Shown here: positions 20,096 through 29,908 of the stretch, one piece after another
Layout of the letters: each line of letters begins with the position of its first letter
How positions within the stretch are numbered: position 1 is the first letter of the stretch
From: Fibrobacteria bacterium
GTDB lineage: Bacteria; Fibrobacterota; Fibrobacteria; UBA11236; JADFYW01
Direction: 5' to 3'
NCBI GenBank assembly: GCA_050294405.1
Contig: JBNKOC010000028.1
Location: 352,001-416,000 of the forward strand
Length of the DNA: 64,000 nucleotides
The notes under the pieces: model-generated
Told to the model about the DNA's origin: nothing
The model's database searches: none
What the model saw: the letters and a program-made list of their open reading frames with translations, nothing else
Translations under genes and position numbers: made by a program

Positions 20096-20701
20096 ATGAA
20101 AGACTTCATAAAATCCTTTAAAATGTTATGGTGGGATATCAACCGTAAGGCCACTCGCTTTGAGTGGATTCGGGAAACCACCGGTTTTTTACCTGGTGAG
20201 TTTGGCTTCCATGTGCGCCGTTGGCTATGGTCTCCCTATTTTAAATCTGCGGGTAAAGATATTGCCATTCACAAACATGCAGCTATTTTAAATCCACAGA
20301 ACCTGGTTCTTAAGGATTTTGCCCGTATTGGCCCTTACAACTATTTGCAGGCGGGCGGTGGAATCGAATTAGGCGAAAAAGTAATGATGGGGCCTTACGT
20401 TAAAATCTGGTCTGCTAACCATCGATTTGACGATCCCAGCGAATGGATTCAACTCCAGGGCTATGAAAACAAACCAGTGAAAATTGGCAACCATGTATGG
20501 ATTGGGGCTGGCGCTATTATATTGCCGGGTGCGCAAATCGGCGATAGATGTATAGTTGCGGCCGGTTCAGTTGTGAATGCTAAAAATTATCCCCCCAATT
20601 TAATACTGTCTGGAAATCCCGCCCGAAAAGTTGGGGAGCGTCCCACAGAAGAGCCATCTTCTGAGCAAAATGCTGAAGCCCCAACGGATGAGCCCAAATA
20701 A
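20096..20701 (+). CDS. Hexapeptide-repeat (LbH) O-acyltransferase, WcaF/Maa-like
   Basis: IGNHVWIGAGAIILPGAQIGDRCIVAAGSVV and GNPAR motifs. Confidence 0.9.
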   Translation: MKDFIKSFKMLWWDINRKATRFEWIRETTGFLPGEFGFHVRRWLWSPYFKSAGKDIAIHKHAAILNPQNLVLKDFARIGPYNYLQAGGGIELGEKVMMGPYVKIWSANHRFDDPSEWIQLQGYENKPVKIGNHVWIGAGAIILPGAQIGDRCIVAAGSVVNAKNYPPNLILSGNPARKVGERPTEEPSSEQNAEAPTDEPK

Positions 20702-22466
20702 AAATTTAAGCCTTTTGCCCTATATTGAGGAGGGAAAGGATTTGGTTCCCGGCAATTGGGAAAAATCTTTTTTATCGCAAGTTGATAATCCCAATGAGGC
20801 AGAGCCCTATGTGTATGGGCAAGCCCGCTTTAATTTTAGGGTTCTTCTACCTGCTGCTGGCCCCCAACGGGTTTTAGAGCTGGGCTCCGGCTTGGGCCTA
20901 CTAACATCAGAATTAGCTATCCAGGCTAAAAGTCTGGTTTGCTTGAACCCCAGTTATGAGGCCCTTAAATTTGTTCAGGCCAAAAAAATGGATAAGGGGC
21001 AAAAAACAATGGGCAGTATAAATAGCCTATGTATATCCCGGCTTCCTTTTAAGGCGCAAAGTTTTGATTCTGTGATTGCTTCTTACGGGCTTGAGGAAAA
21101 TAACCTTTATTTCTTAGGGGAAGATAAAAACCAGGACTTGGTTACAAAGAGCAGCCATAACACTAATTTAGGCTCGCTTCTAAAGGATGTATACCAGCTG
21201 CTGAAACCCGGCGGCCGTTTGGTCTTTCCAGCCCAAAACAAATGGGATTACGAAAATAGCATACATAACCTTAAGAAAAAAAAAATCAGTTTTAGGGGAC
21301 ATAGCCTTGGGGAATGGAAAAAAATGCTGAAGCAAGCGGGCTTTGAGTCGTTGCAATGTTACGGTGTATACCCCAATTGGCAAGACCCGGAAGAATTGTA
21401 TTCTTTTTCAAGAGCGGGCCTTAAAAATGGTTGGAAGTTGGGCGCAAAGGAATGGTTAAAACAAAGTTCCAAATTTTGCTCCTCTTTTATTATTGTGGCG
21501 GATAAAAAACCGGGCATTGCTAAATCAAGCCAGGAAGCCTTTTTGTCTGAACTGGGAAATGAGGGTTCCTCAGAGGCTGATTTGTTTGGGGGAAGCCGCG
21601 TGCTAATCACCGGCAAAGACAAGTGGGTGGGCTTTGTGCGGTACAAAGATATAGCCGCCGTTGTAAAAATTCCCCTTGAAAAAATGGCCCGGGAAGAAGA
21701 AAAGGCCAACCTGGAGATATTGCAATGGGCCAGCGCCCAGACAAAGGAACTATCTTCGCTTTTACCTCTTCCTCTGGCCAATGAAAAAGTGGGAGGTCTG
21801 GAACATTATTTGGAAAGCCAGATATTGGGGGAACCCTTTTCGGCTTTAGTGCAAAACCTGGGTAGGCCAGGTGCCTGGAAACAAGTGGAAAAAATATTGG
21901 ACTTGTTTTTGGAATGCGACAACCAGGAAGCTAAGTTGGAAGGGGAACTGTATAAATTTTGGGTGGAAGCTAAGTTGGAAACTGTGGCCCAGGTTCTGCC
22001 CGGAAAATATTCTTTAGAAAAATTTCGCAATAAATTTAAGGAGTTGCTCTGGGGGAAAAGCCTAAACCTTGGTCTTACCCATGGCGATTTTAGTGTTTCC
22101 AATTTAATGGCCCGTGAAAACCGGGAAATCTGTGGCATTTTTGATTGGGGTTGGGGAAAACTAAATGGAATTTGCCTGGTGGATTCTCTTAATTATTTAG
22201 ATAGTGTGGAAAGGCTGCAAAGTAAAAACCATTTAATAGATAATATCAGAATGTTACTTAAAAAGAAATGGAGAGTGGAGGCTGAATACCAGGGAGCACT
22301 CAGGCATTTGGAAAAAAGCGGTTGGGCTGAATCCCATTGGAACTCAGCCATATTATTTTTTTGGCTTTACACTGCCAGCGCCCGCCTTGCGGATAATTTT
22401 CGTTATGACCAAAAAGGGATTCAAAAACAAATTTTAGACTTTGTGGATGAATTTGATTTAGCCTGA
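20688..22466 (+). CDS. Class I SAM methyltransferase fused to an APH/choline-kinase-like phosphotransferase
   Basis: VLELGSGLG, LPFKAQSFDSV and LLKPGG (MTase); VVKIP, HGDFSVSNL and IFDW (kinase). ATG 20688 overlaps the upstream stop; the ORF track starts at 20631. Confidence 0.75.
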   Translation: MSPNKNLSLLPYIEEGKDLVPGNWEKSFLSQVDNPNEAEPYVYGQARFNFRVLLPAAGPQRVLELGSGLGLLTSELAIQAKSLVCLNPSYEALKFVQAKKMDKGQKTMGSINSLCISRLPFKAQSFDSVIASYGLEENNLYFLGEDKNQDLVTKSSHNTNLGSLLKDVYQLLKPGGRLVFPAQNKWDYENSIHNLKKKKISFRGHSLGEWKKMLKQAGFESLQCYGVYPNWQDPEELYSFSRAGLKNGWKLGAKEWLKQSSKFCSSFIIVADKKPGIAKSSQEAFLSELGNEGSSEADLFGGSRVLITGKDKWVGFVRYKDIAAVVKIPLEKMAREEEKANLEILQWASAQTKELSSLLPLPLANEKVGGLEHYLESQILGEPFSALVQNLGRPGAWKQVEKILDLFLECDNQEAKLEGELYKFWVEAKLETVAQVLPGKYSLEKFRNKFKELLWGKSLNLGLTHGDFSVSNLMARENREICGIFDWGWGKLNGICLVDSLNYLDSVERLQSKNHLIDNIRMLLKKKWRVEAEYQGALRHLEKSGWAESHWNSAILFFWLYTASARLADNFRYDQKGIQKQILDFVDEFDLA

Positions 22467-22476
22467 TGTTATTTAT

Positions 22477-23994
22477 ATGAAACTTGCTGATAAAACCATT
22501 ATAAACGTGTTTGCTAAATCCGGCGAAGCTGTTTTTTTAATGGCTTCCAGCATTATTATGGTGCGCTTTTTAAGCAAGGAAGACTACGGTTCTTTTTTGC
22601 AAATAGTGCTGGTGGTAAATACCGCCTTTACCCTTCTTTTGCTGGGTTTTCCCCAAAGCATATACTATTACTTTGGGCAGGCCTCCAATCGCTCTCAGTT
22701 TATATTGCAGAACATTTTTATTTCCTGCTTTTTATCGGGGTTGGCAGGGCTGTTTGTATGGCTGCTGATTTCTCCTCTTTCGGGTTGGTTGAATAATAGC
22801 GATTTAAAAAATTTTGGTTGGTACATCGCCCTTATGATCTTTTTTAAGGGCTCGGCCCAATTTCGGGACCCGCTAATGATATGCGATGGACGTATCTTGC
22901 TAAATTCCGCGGTTACAGTCTTAATTAATCTGGTTTTGTTTATTCCCATAATCGTGGTGAGTATGCTTACAACCAGCTTGGAAAAATTGGTATTTACCAT
23001 GTTTTTATCCAATCTTGCCGAATGGTTTATATACATTTTGGTTGGGCTTTACATGGTGTCCAAATCCTCTTCATTAGATGGGGGAAAGAATAAACCCAAA
23101 GAGCCCATTGGCCTTTGGCGTCAGTTAAAATATTCCCTTCCCATAGGGCTTTCCAATTACACGGGGATAATTGGCAAACAAATCGACCAGTTTATCATTT
23201 CCATTTACTTTACCCCGCAGAACTTTGCTGTATATACCCGGGGCGCCATGAGAATTCCTCTTTTGCACACCATCCAGTTTACCATTAATGAAATTATGAT
23301 GCCAAAGTATGCTGAGGCCATGAGAGAAAATAACATAAAGGAGTTTTTGTATTATTTCCACAGGGGCATACATAAAGTGGCTAAAATCAAATTCGCCTTT
23401 TTTTCTTTTTTGTTCGCCGTGTCGCCCCAAATTATGACTTTGCTGTATACCGCTGAATACTCAGAGGCAAGCTCCATATTTCGCGCTTATTTATTGTATC
23501 TAATTGCAACCATTACAGTATACGCCGCAGTTCCCAGGGCGGTGGGTAAAACTTCAGAAATATTTTACGCCACATTAATTAATCTAGTGAGCAATGTTAT
23601 TTTAAGTCTCTTGCTTTTGCAGTTTTGGGGCCCTATTGGCCCGGCATTAGCCACAGTTTTTTCCTCTATGTTAATGGCCTGTTATTTGTTATGGACATCG
23701 GCAAAAATTTTGAATCTATCCCTTGCTTCCATCTTTCCCTGGGGATACCTGGGTAAATTGCTTTTTTTGACTTTGCTGGCTAGCGCCCCTCTGTATTTTT
23801 TAAATCCCTGGCTTGAAAAAGTCAATATAGCTTTGATTTTTATTGTGGCTCTGGATTCTGTTATTTATGGATATTTGTGCTTGATGCTTATGGTACGATT
23901 TAACATATTGGATGAGGATGACTTTGCCATTTTTAACCGCTGGAGTCGTTTTGATCTGGCCAGTCTGTTGAAAAGAATTAGTTTTAGCAAATAA
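22477..23994 (+). CDS. Wzx/MOP-family oligosaccharide flippase
   Basis: 505 aa with many hydrophobic segments; RFLSKEDYG, LKYSLPIG, IDQFII and GPIGPALAT patterns typical of Wzx. Confidence 0.85.
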   Translation: MKLADKTIINVFAKSGEAVFLMASSIIMVRFLSKEDYGSFLQIVLVVNTAFTLLLLGFPQSIYYYFGQASNRSQFILQNIFISCFLSGLAGLFVWLLISPLSGWLNNSDLKNFGWYIALMIFFKGSAQFRDPLMICDGRILLNSAVTVLINLVLFIPIIVVSMLTTSLEKLVFTMFLSNLAEWFIYILVGLYMVSKSSSLDGGKNKPKEPIGLWRQLKYSLPIGLSNYTGIIGKQIDQFIISIYFTPQNFAVYTRGAMRIPLLHTIQFTINEIMMPKYAEAMRENNIKEFLYYFHRGIHKVAKIKFAFFSFLFAVSPQIMTLLYTAEYSEASSIFRAYLLYLIATITVYAAVPRAVGKTSEIFYATLINLVSNVILSLLLLQFWGPIGPALATVFSSMLMACYLLWTSAKILNLSLASIFPWGYLGKLLFLTLLASAPLYFLNPWLEKVNIALIFIVALDSVIYGYLCLMLMVRFNILDEDDFAIFNRWSRFDLASLLKRISFSK

Positions 23995-23997
23995 TTT

Positions 23998-25974
23998 ATG
24001 TGTGGAATTGCCGGGATATTAGATAAAACTCAGGGGTCCTCTTCAGTGGATATTATGAAGGGGATGTTGGAGCTATTGTACCACCGCGGTCCCGATGCCT
24101 ATGGAATATTTCAACGTGGCCCTGTATGTTTAGGCCATTCCCGCCTCAGTATTGTGGATTTGGCCACAGGCGATCAGCCCATATCCAACGAAGACGACAG
24201 TGTTTGGGTGGTTTTTAACGGTGAAATTTTTAACTATCCCGAACTTCGACAGGAATGCCTGGAAAAAGGCCATAAATTAAAAACCCAGGGCGATACAGAA
24301 GTATTGATCCACCTTTATGAAGAATATGGCGAAGCCATGTTGGAAAAATTAAACGGCCAATTCGCTTTCGCCATCTGGGACCATCCTAAAGAGAAACTTT
24401 TTATTGCCAGGGATAGACTGGGTATTCGTCCTTTGTTTTATACCCAACATCAAAATGGAATAATTTTTGGTTCTGAAGTAAAAGCCATATTTGGCCACCC
24501 TGAGGTTTCCAGGGAGCTTAATTTGAATGGACTCTCCAATGTATTTAACTGCTGGACAAGCCTTCCCGATGAAAGCGCCTTTAAAAACGTAAAGCAGCTT
24601 CCAGCTGGCCACTATTTGGTTGCTGAAAAGGGCTTATTACAAATACGCAAATACTGGAATCTTCCTTTCGGCGAGTATGAGACAGAAAATAAAAGCTTGG
24701 AAGAATGGTCCTCAGAATTATTGGAGGCCTTATTGGATTCCATTCGAATCCGCCTTAGAGCCGATGTGCCTGTGGGCGCCTACTTAAGCGGGGGAATTGA
24801 CAGTACCTTAATAAGCAGCCTGGTGAAAAACAATTTCAACAATGAACTACAAACATTTTCTGTGGGTTTTTCCAATAAAACTTTTGATGAAAGCAACTTT
24901 CAACAAACAGCGGTTCGAGCTTTAGGTACTAAACATCATGAGATAAAATGCACCGATGAGGACATTGGAAAAATATTTCCACAAATTATTTGGCATACGG
25001 AAATGCCGATTATCAGAACAGCTCCGGCCCCTTTGTTTATGCTTTCCAGTTTGGTTCGTAAAAACAATTTTAAAGTGGTTCTAACCGGGGAAGGCGCAGA
25101 TGAAATGTTCGGCGGCTATAACATTTTTAAAGAAAATAAGGTTCGGCATTTCTGGTCTCGTGAGCCTGAATCTCCTTCCAGAGCCAGGCTGTTGGAAAAA
25201 CTTTACCCCTATGTATTTGCCCAACAAGATGGAAAAGCCTCTGTACTTTTAAAAAAGTTTTTCCAAAAAAACCTTTCGGATACGCAGAACCCCTATTATT
25301 CCCATTCGGTTCGTTGGCAGAATACCTCTCAATTGCGCAGCTTTTTTAATCCAGAAGTGTTTAAATCTACCCCAAGCTTAAACGATTTTCAGGAGAAGTA
25401 TGCCAGTTGGATTCCCGAAAATTTCTCCCAGCGCCGTCCTTTGGCAAAAGCCCAGTTTTTGGAGAGCCAATTGTTTTTATCCAACTATTTGCTCTCTTCT
25501 CAGGGTGATAGAATGGCTATGGGAAATTCTGTTGAGGGAAGATATCCCTTTTTGGATCACCGGGTGGTGGAGCTAGCGGCAAAAATCCCTGATAAATACA
25601 AGTTATACGGACTCACTGAAAAATATATTCTCAAACATCTGTCCCGAAAATTAATACCCTCTGAAGTCATTGACAGGCCTAAACAACCCTACAGGGCCCC
25701 TATAAGCTCCAGCTTTTTTGGCGGCAAATCCCCGGATTATGTGGAGGAGTTGTTATCAGAAGAAAAAATTGGGCAAAGCGGGGTGTTTCACCCTAAAAAA
25801 GTGGCTCAGCTGGCGCAAAAATGCCGGCAATCGGAAGCGGGCTTAAGCAGTGAACGGGAAAACATGGCTCTTGTGGCTATTTTGTCCGTTCAATTGTGCC
25901 ACTCTCAATTTGTGGAAAATTTTCCCGTAAAATATGGCAATCACAACCAAAATTCATTTAAAATATTCCATTAG
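23998..25974 (+). CDS. asnB: AsnB-family glutamine-hydrolysing amidotransferase (polysaccharide-associated paralogue likely)
   Basis: MCGIAG (Ntn Cys), HRGPD, NGEIFN, LSGGIDS, GEGADE, RYPFLD. Confidence 0.92.
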   Translation: MCGIAGILDKTQGSSSVDIMKGMLELLYHRGPDAYGIFQRGPVCLGHSRLSIVDLATGDQPISNEDDSVWVVFNGEIFNYPELRQECLEKGHKLKTQGDTEVLIHLYEEYGEAMLEKLNGQFAFAIWDHPKEKLFIARDRLGIRPLFYTQHQNGIIFGSEVKAIFGHPEVSRELNLNGLSNVFNCWTSLPDESAFKNVKQLPAGHYLVAEKGLLQIRKYWNLPFGEYETENKSLEEWSSELLEALLDSIRIRLRADVPVGAYLSGGIDSTLISSLVKNNFNNELQTFSVGFSNKTFDESNFQQTAVRALGTKHHEIKCTDEDIGKIFPQIIWHTEMPIIRTAPAPLFMLSSLVRKNNFKVVLTGEGADEMFGGYNIFKENKVRHFWSREPESPSRARLLEKLYPYVFAQQDGKASVLLKKFFQKNLSDTQNPYYSHSVRWQNTSQLRSFFNPEVFKSTPSLNDFQEKYASWIPENFSQRRPLAKAQFLESQLFLSNYLLSSQGDRMAMGNSVEGRYPFLDHRVVELAAKIPDKYKLYGLTEKYILKHLSRKLIPSEVIDRPKQPYRAPISSSFFGGKSPDYVEELLSEEKIGQSGVFHPKKVAQLAQKCRQSEAGLSSERENMALVAILSVQLCHSQFVENFPVKYGNHNQNSFKIFH

Positions 25975-26097
25975 TCTTTTTGAAACAGGTTTTTTTCTAT
26001 TTTCGAGTCACCTTTAAATCAGAATGCGTATTTAAACCATTTTCGAGCTAAAACATACTATTGTAATATCAGTTTTTTTTTAAATTAGCGAGGCCAT

Positions 26098-27126
26098 ATG
26101 ACTAATGCAGCCGCACTCACGAACCTAAAATTATGCACTAACTGCATTTTACCCGAAACTTTTCCCGGGGTTAGTTTTAACGAAGATGGCCTTTGCCGTT
26201 ATTGCGAAAAGGAAAAGGTTGCTCAGCAAAAGCTTCCCGAAAAAAAAGAGCAGTATAAAAAACAATTCGATGAATTAATAGCAAACACCCGGGACAAAGC
26301 TCCTTCCTATGATGTGCTCATGGCCTACAGTGGCGGAAAAGATTCCAGCTATACCTTAAAAATATTGAGGGAACAATATGACCTAAGGGTGCTCGCTCTT
26401 TGTTTTGATAACAATTTTGTATCTCCCCAAGCTATGGACAACATCAATAAGGTGACCGATACTTTGCATGTGGATCTTATTATGTTTAAAGCTCCCTGGG
26501 GCCCCATGCGCGACATGTTTAATTTGACCACAGAGAAAGATATCTTCTCACCCACTACCTTACTGCGCGCCAGCAGCATTTGCACCTCTTGCATTGGAAC
26601 TGTAAAAGCAATTGTGTTGAAAACCGCTTTAGAAATGTCTATTCCCTTAGTGGGTTATGGCTGGTCCCCGGGTCAGGCGCCTATTCAAAGCGCCATTATG
26701 AAAACCAATCCGGATTTAGTGAAAAAGGCGCAAAAAACTTTGTACAACAGCTATCCCGAAGAAACACAAAAATTTATGAACCGGTATTTTTTACCAGATA
26801 ATTACTACGACATGTACAGAGAAAGGTTCCCTACTAATATTCATCCTCTGGCCTTTTTTGATTACGACGAACAGGATATTGTTAAGGGCCTTAATCAATT
26901 GGGTTGGTTTAACCCTAAGGATGTAGATACAAATTCATCAAATTGCAGGGTAAATGCCTATGGAAATCATGTTCATATGAAAAAGCACGGTTTTCACCCC
27001 TATGTGTGGGAAATTGCCAACATGGTAAGGCAGGGCGTTATGCCCAGAGAAGAAGGTTTGGAGAAAATCTATTCCAATCAGGATGATGCTATGGTTCAAT
27101 ATGCTAAGGAAAGGTTATTAGGATGA
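26098..27126 (+). CDS. PP-loop ATPase, N-acetyl-sugar amidotransferase (WbpG/WbuX)-like
   Basis: CTNCILP…CRYC N-terminal Cys cluster, YSGGKDS PP-loop, CTSC, SSNC. Confidence 0.78.
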   Translation: MTNAAALTNLKLCTNCILPETFPGVSFNEDGLCRYCEKEKVAQQKLPEKKEQYKKQFDELIANTRDKAPSYDVLMAYSGGKDSSYTLKILREQYDLRVLALCFDNNFVSPQAMDNINKVTDTLHVDLIMFKAPWGPMRDMFNLTTEKDIFSPTTLLRASSICTSCIGTVKAIVLKTALEMSIPLVGYGWSPGQAPIQSAIMKTNPDLVKKAQKTLYNSYPEETQKFMNRYFLPDNYYDMYRERFPTNIHPLAFFDYDEQDIVKGLNQLGWFNPKDVDTNSSNCRVNAYGNHVHMKKHGFHPYVWEIANMVRQGVMPREEGLEKIYSNQDDAMVQYAKERLLG

Positions 27127-27374
27127 GTGAAGATGTAAAACAAAAAGTCCGCGCCTTTATTGTGGAAAATTTTTTGTTTGGTGACGACCAGGGTCTAAAG
27201 GACGATACCTCCTTTTTAGACGATGGCATCAGTGATTCCACAGGAATTTTAGAACTGGTGAACTTTATTGAAGAAGAATTTGAAATTAAAGTAGAGGACG
27301 ATGAATTGGTCCCCGAAAATTTGGATTCCTTAAATAATGTTACAGCTTATTTGACTAAAAAAACTGCAGCTTAA
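27123..27374 (+). CDS. Acyl/aminoacyl carrier protein
   Basis: 83 aa, acidic; G-I-S-D-S-T-G phosphopantetheine Ser motif; EEEFEI…PENLDS; ATGA overlap with the upstream gene. Confidence 0.9.
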   Translation: MSEDVKQKVRAFIVENFLFGDDQGLKDDTSFLDDGISDSTGILELVNFIEEEFEIKVEDDELVPENLDSLNNVTAYLTKKTAA

Positions 27375-27430
27375 GCTTAAGGGAGCTATCCCTTTGCTTT
27401 TAATCACAATATTTAATTGGGAACAGCGCC

Positions 27431-28993
27431 ATGGCCAGTGATTTTAAATTGGTATTCCAATTTGTGGAAAAACACGCTTTGGAAAAACCAGATAGTTTGG
27501 CTGCAGTTACCGACTCCGGGAAATACAGCTATGCCCAATTAGACAAAGCCTCTAATCAATTGGCAATGCTCTTATTGGAAAAGGGCTTGGACAAGGGAGA
27601 CAGAGTTGGCATTTTAATGGAAAATAGCCTGGAATACCTAGCCAGTTACCTGGGGGTTCAAAAAGCTGGTGGCGTAGCGGTTCCCTTAAATACAGACTTA
27701 AAGCCGGACAAGTACATAGCCCTTATTGAAGATATTACGCCCCGCGCCATTTTATCCCACACAAAACTGGAACGCAAACTAAAAGCCATACCCTGGGGAG
27801 ACATAAAACCCGAATACCTTGTGGTTCATAACATGAAGCTCAACTGGGGTGAATATCCAATTTCCGGACTATTTAATTGGCAATTGGATTGTGATTATTC
27901 GGAGAAAGTTAATTTGGAAAACCCATTGGGTGAATCTGATTTGGCTAACATAATATTTACCTCTGGGTCCACAGGCGTTCCCAAGGGTGTGATGTTAACC
28001 CATAAAAATATTGTTTCCAATACCTTATCCATTTGCGAGTATTTAAAATTAACTCCGGAAGATAAACAAATGGTAGTGTTGCCATTTTTTTATGTGATGG
28101 GACAATCCCTTATGAATAGCGCCTTTTGTTCCGGGGGAAGTATTGTTATCAATAACAAATTTGCCTATCCTGCTACAGTGGTACAGCAAATGATTGATGA
28201 GAAAGTAACGGGTTTTGCCGGGGTACCATCAACCTATGCCTATTTGCTAAATCGTTCCCCCTTTGAAGCCAGCTGTAAAGATATGCCTACCCTTCGTTTT
28301 TGCGCTCAAGCTGGCGGGCACATGTCCGGCAAAATTAAAAAACAATTATTGGAAATTTTGCCCAATCCCCATTCTTTGTGGATTATGTATGGGGCCACGG
28401 AAGCTTCAGCAAGGCTTGCTTATGTTCCAGCTGAAAAGTTAATGGATAAACTGGATTCCATTGGAATACCCATACCCGGAGTTCAATTAAGCGTTCTAGG
28501 GCCCAAAGGTGAAGAGCTTGCGGAGAATGAAACGGGAGAAATTGTAGCTCGGGGGCCAAACATAATGCAGGGCTACTGGGGGGATAGTAAAACCACGGCT
28601 CAAGTTTTAGATGATAAAGGGTATCACACGGGTGATATGGGTTTTAAAGATAGCGACGGTTTCTTTTTTGTAACGGGAAGGAAAGATTCTCTGTTAAAAG
28701 TAGGCGGACATCGGGTAAACCCCATTGAAATTGAGGATAACATTGCCGAAACGGATATGGCTATGGAATCTTGTGTGATGGGGATTGAAGATGCTTTGTT
28801 GGGTAATAAGTTAGTGGCCCTGGTGACCCCGGTTAGCGAAGAGTTGAGCCCCAAGGATTTGGCGGCGGCTCTGGGTAAAAAGCTTCCTTCATTTAAAATG
28901 CCGGGAGAAATCCGCTTCACTAAAAATTTGCCTAAAAATGCCAATGGAAAACTGGACAGAAAAGCTTGTTTGGAGCTATTTCTGGGCTCTTGA
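27431..28993 (+). CDS. AMP-forming acyl/aminoacyl ligase (ANL superfamily)
   Basis: FTSGSTGVPKG, MYGATE, YHTGD, GRKD and LPKNANGKLDR motifs. Confidence 0.92.
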   Translation: MASDFKLVFQFVEKHALEKPDSLAAVTDSGKYSYAQLDKASNQLAMLLLEKGLDKGDRVGILMENSLEYLASYLGVQKAGGVAVPLNTDLKPDKYIALIEDITPRAILSHTKLERKLKAIPWGDIKPEYLVVHNMKLNWGEYPISGLFNWQLDCDYSEKVNLENPLGESDLANIIFTSGSTGVPKGVMLTHKNIVSNTLSICEYLKLTPEDKQMVVLPFFYVMGQSLMNSAFCSGGSIVINNKFAYPATVVQQMIDEKVTGFAGVPSTYAYLLNRSPFEASCKDMPTLRFCAQAGGHMSGKIKKQLLEILPNPHSLWIMYGATEASARLAYVPAEKLMDKLDSIGIPIPGVQLSVLGPKGEELAENETGEIVARGPNIMQGYWGDSKTTAQVLDDKGYHTGDMGFKDSDGFFFVTGRKDSLLKVGGHRVNPIEIEDNIAETDMAMESCVMGIEDALLGNKLVALVTPVSEELSPKDLAAALGKKLPSFKMPGEIRFTKNLPKNANGKLDRKACLELFLGS

Positions 28994-29076
28994 AGCCTAA
29001 CAACGTTTTGAATTAGAAGGGAAAATTGTAAGATAAATGCGATGGAACCCATTTAAATTACCGGAAAGGAGAAGCT

Positions 29077-29907
29077 ATGAATCTTTGGAAATGGGCTTTA
29101 GCGCTTTGTGGACTAGTGTTTTTTGCCTGCGAACCCAAAAATAATACGGGCGCAAATTTGGAACCGCAATTGGAAAAAGTCCCTGAAAATGTTTGGAAAA
29201 AACTCGAGGATAAAAAAATATTCTTTGGCCACCAATCCGTGGGTGGCAACATTATGGCTGGGGTGGAATTACTAGCTAAGGAGGCTGGAGCAAATATCAA
29301 TGTGGTGAATTCCATTGATTCAGCTGAATTTGCAGCCCCGGTTTTTGCCCATGCCAGGATAGGGAAAAACAGAGATCCCATAACTAAATTAAATGCCTTT
29401 AAAGATGTGTTAAACAGTGGCGTGGGAGAAAAGGCCACCACAGCATTTGTAAAATATTGTTATGTGGACTTTGAAGAAAACTCCGACCCTAAACAAGTTT
29501 TTGAACAATACAAAAAGGAAATTTCCGCCATTCAATCTCAATATCCAGATTTGGATATTATCCACCTAACCACTCCCCTTACAACAGTTGGTGAGAGAAC
29601 TTTTAAATGGCGTATTAAAAAACTGCTGGGTCGAGCGGAGGACTTGGGCTTTGCCTATAATGTGAAACGCAATACATACAACGAACTCATTCGTAAGGAG
29701 TACGGCCAAAGTGGCGATTTATTTGATATTGCTGCCATTCAATCTAAATTGCCGGATGGAAATGAAGCCAGTTTTGCATATGAAGGCAATACATATCCGG
29801 CCCTTTGGGAAAAATACACTTATGATGGCGGACATTTATCTGAAACAGGCCAGAAAAAACTTGGCGCAGCCCTTTTAAATTTTTTAGCGCAAAGGAGTGC
29901 CGGTTAA
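29077..29907 (+). CDS. Lipoprotein with atypical SGNH-like fold
   Basis: Lipobox FFAC; FFGHQSVGGN near the N-terminus and C-terminal YTYDGGHL (DxxH); GGAG RBS. Confidence 0.6.
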   Translation: MNLWKWALALCGLVFFACEPKNNTGANLEPQLEKVPENVWKKLEDKKIFFGHQSVGGNIMAGVELLAKEAGANINVVNSIDSAEFAAPVFAHARIGKNRDPITKLNAFKDVLNSGVGEKATTAFVKYCYVDFEENSDPKQVFEQYKKEISAIQSQYPDLDIIHLTTPLTTVGERTFKWRIKKLLGRAEDLGFAYNVKRNTYNELIRKEYGQSGDLFDIAAIQSKLPDGNEASFAYEGNTYPALWEKYTYDGGHLSETGQKKLGAALLNFLAQRSAG

Positions 29908-29908
29908 A

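Noticed and set aside
21926..21980. 16-bp direct repeat GGAAGCTAAGTTGGAA, 39 nt apart
   Set aside because: Two in-frame copies within a CDS (EAKLE twice); no array.
23998..28993. NRPS, PKS or lasso-peptide cluster (AsnB-like + ACP + adenylation enzyme)
   Set aside because: No condensation, KS or TE domain, precursor peptide or B protein; AsnB keeps its glutaminase Cys, and the flippase context points to glycan modification.
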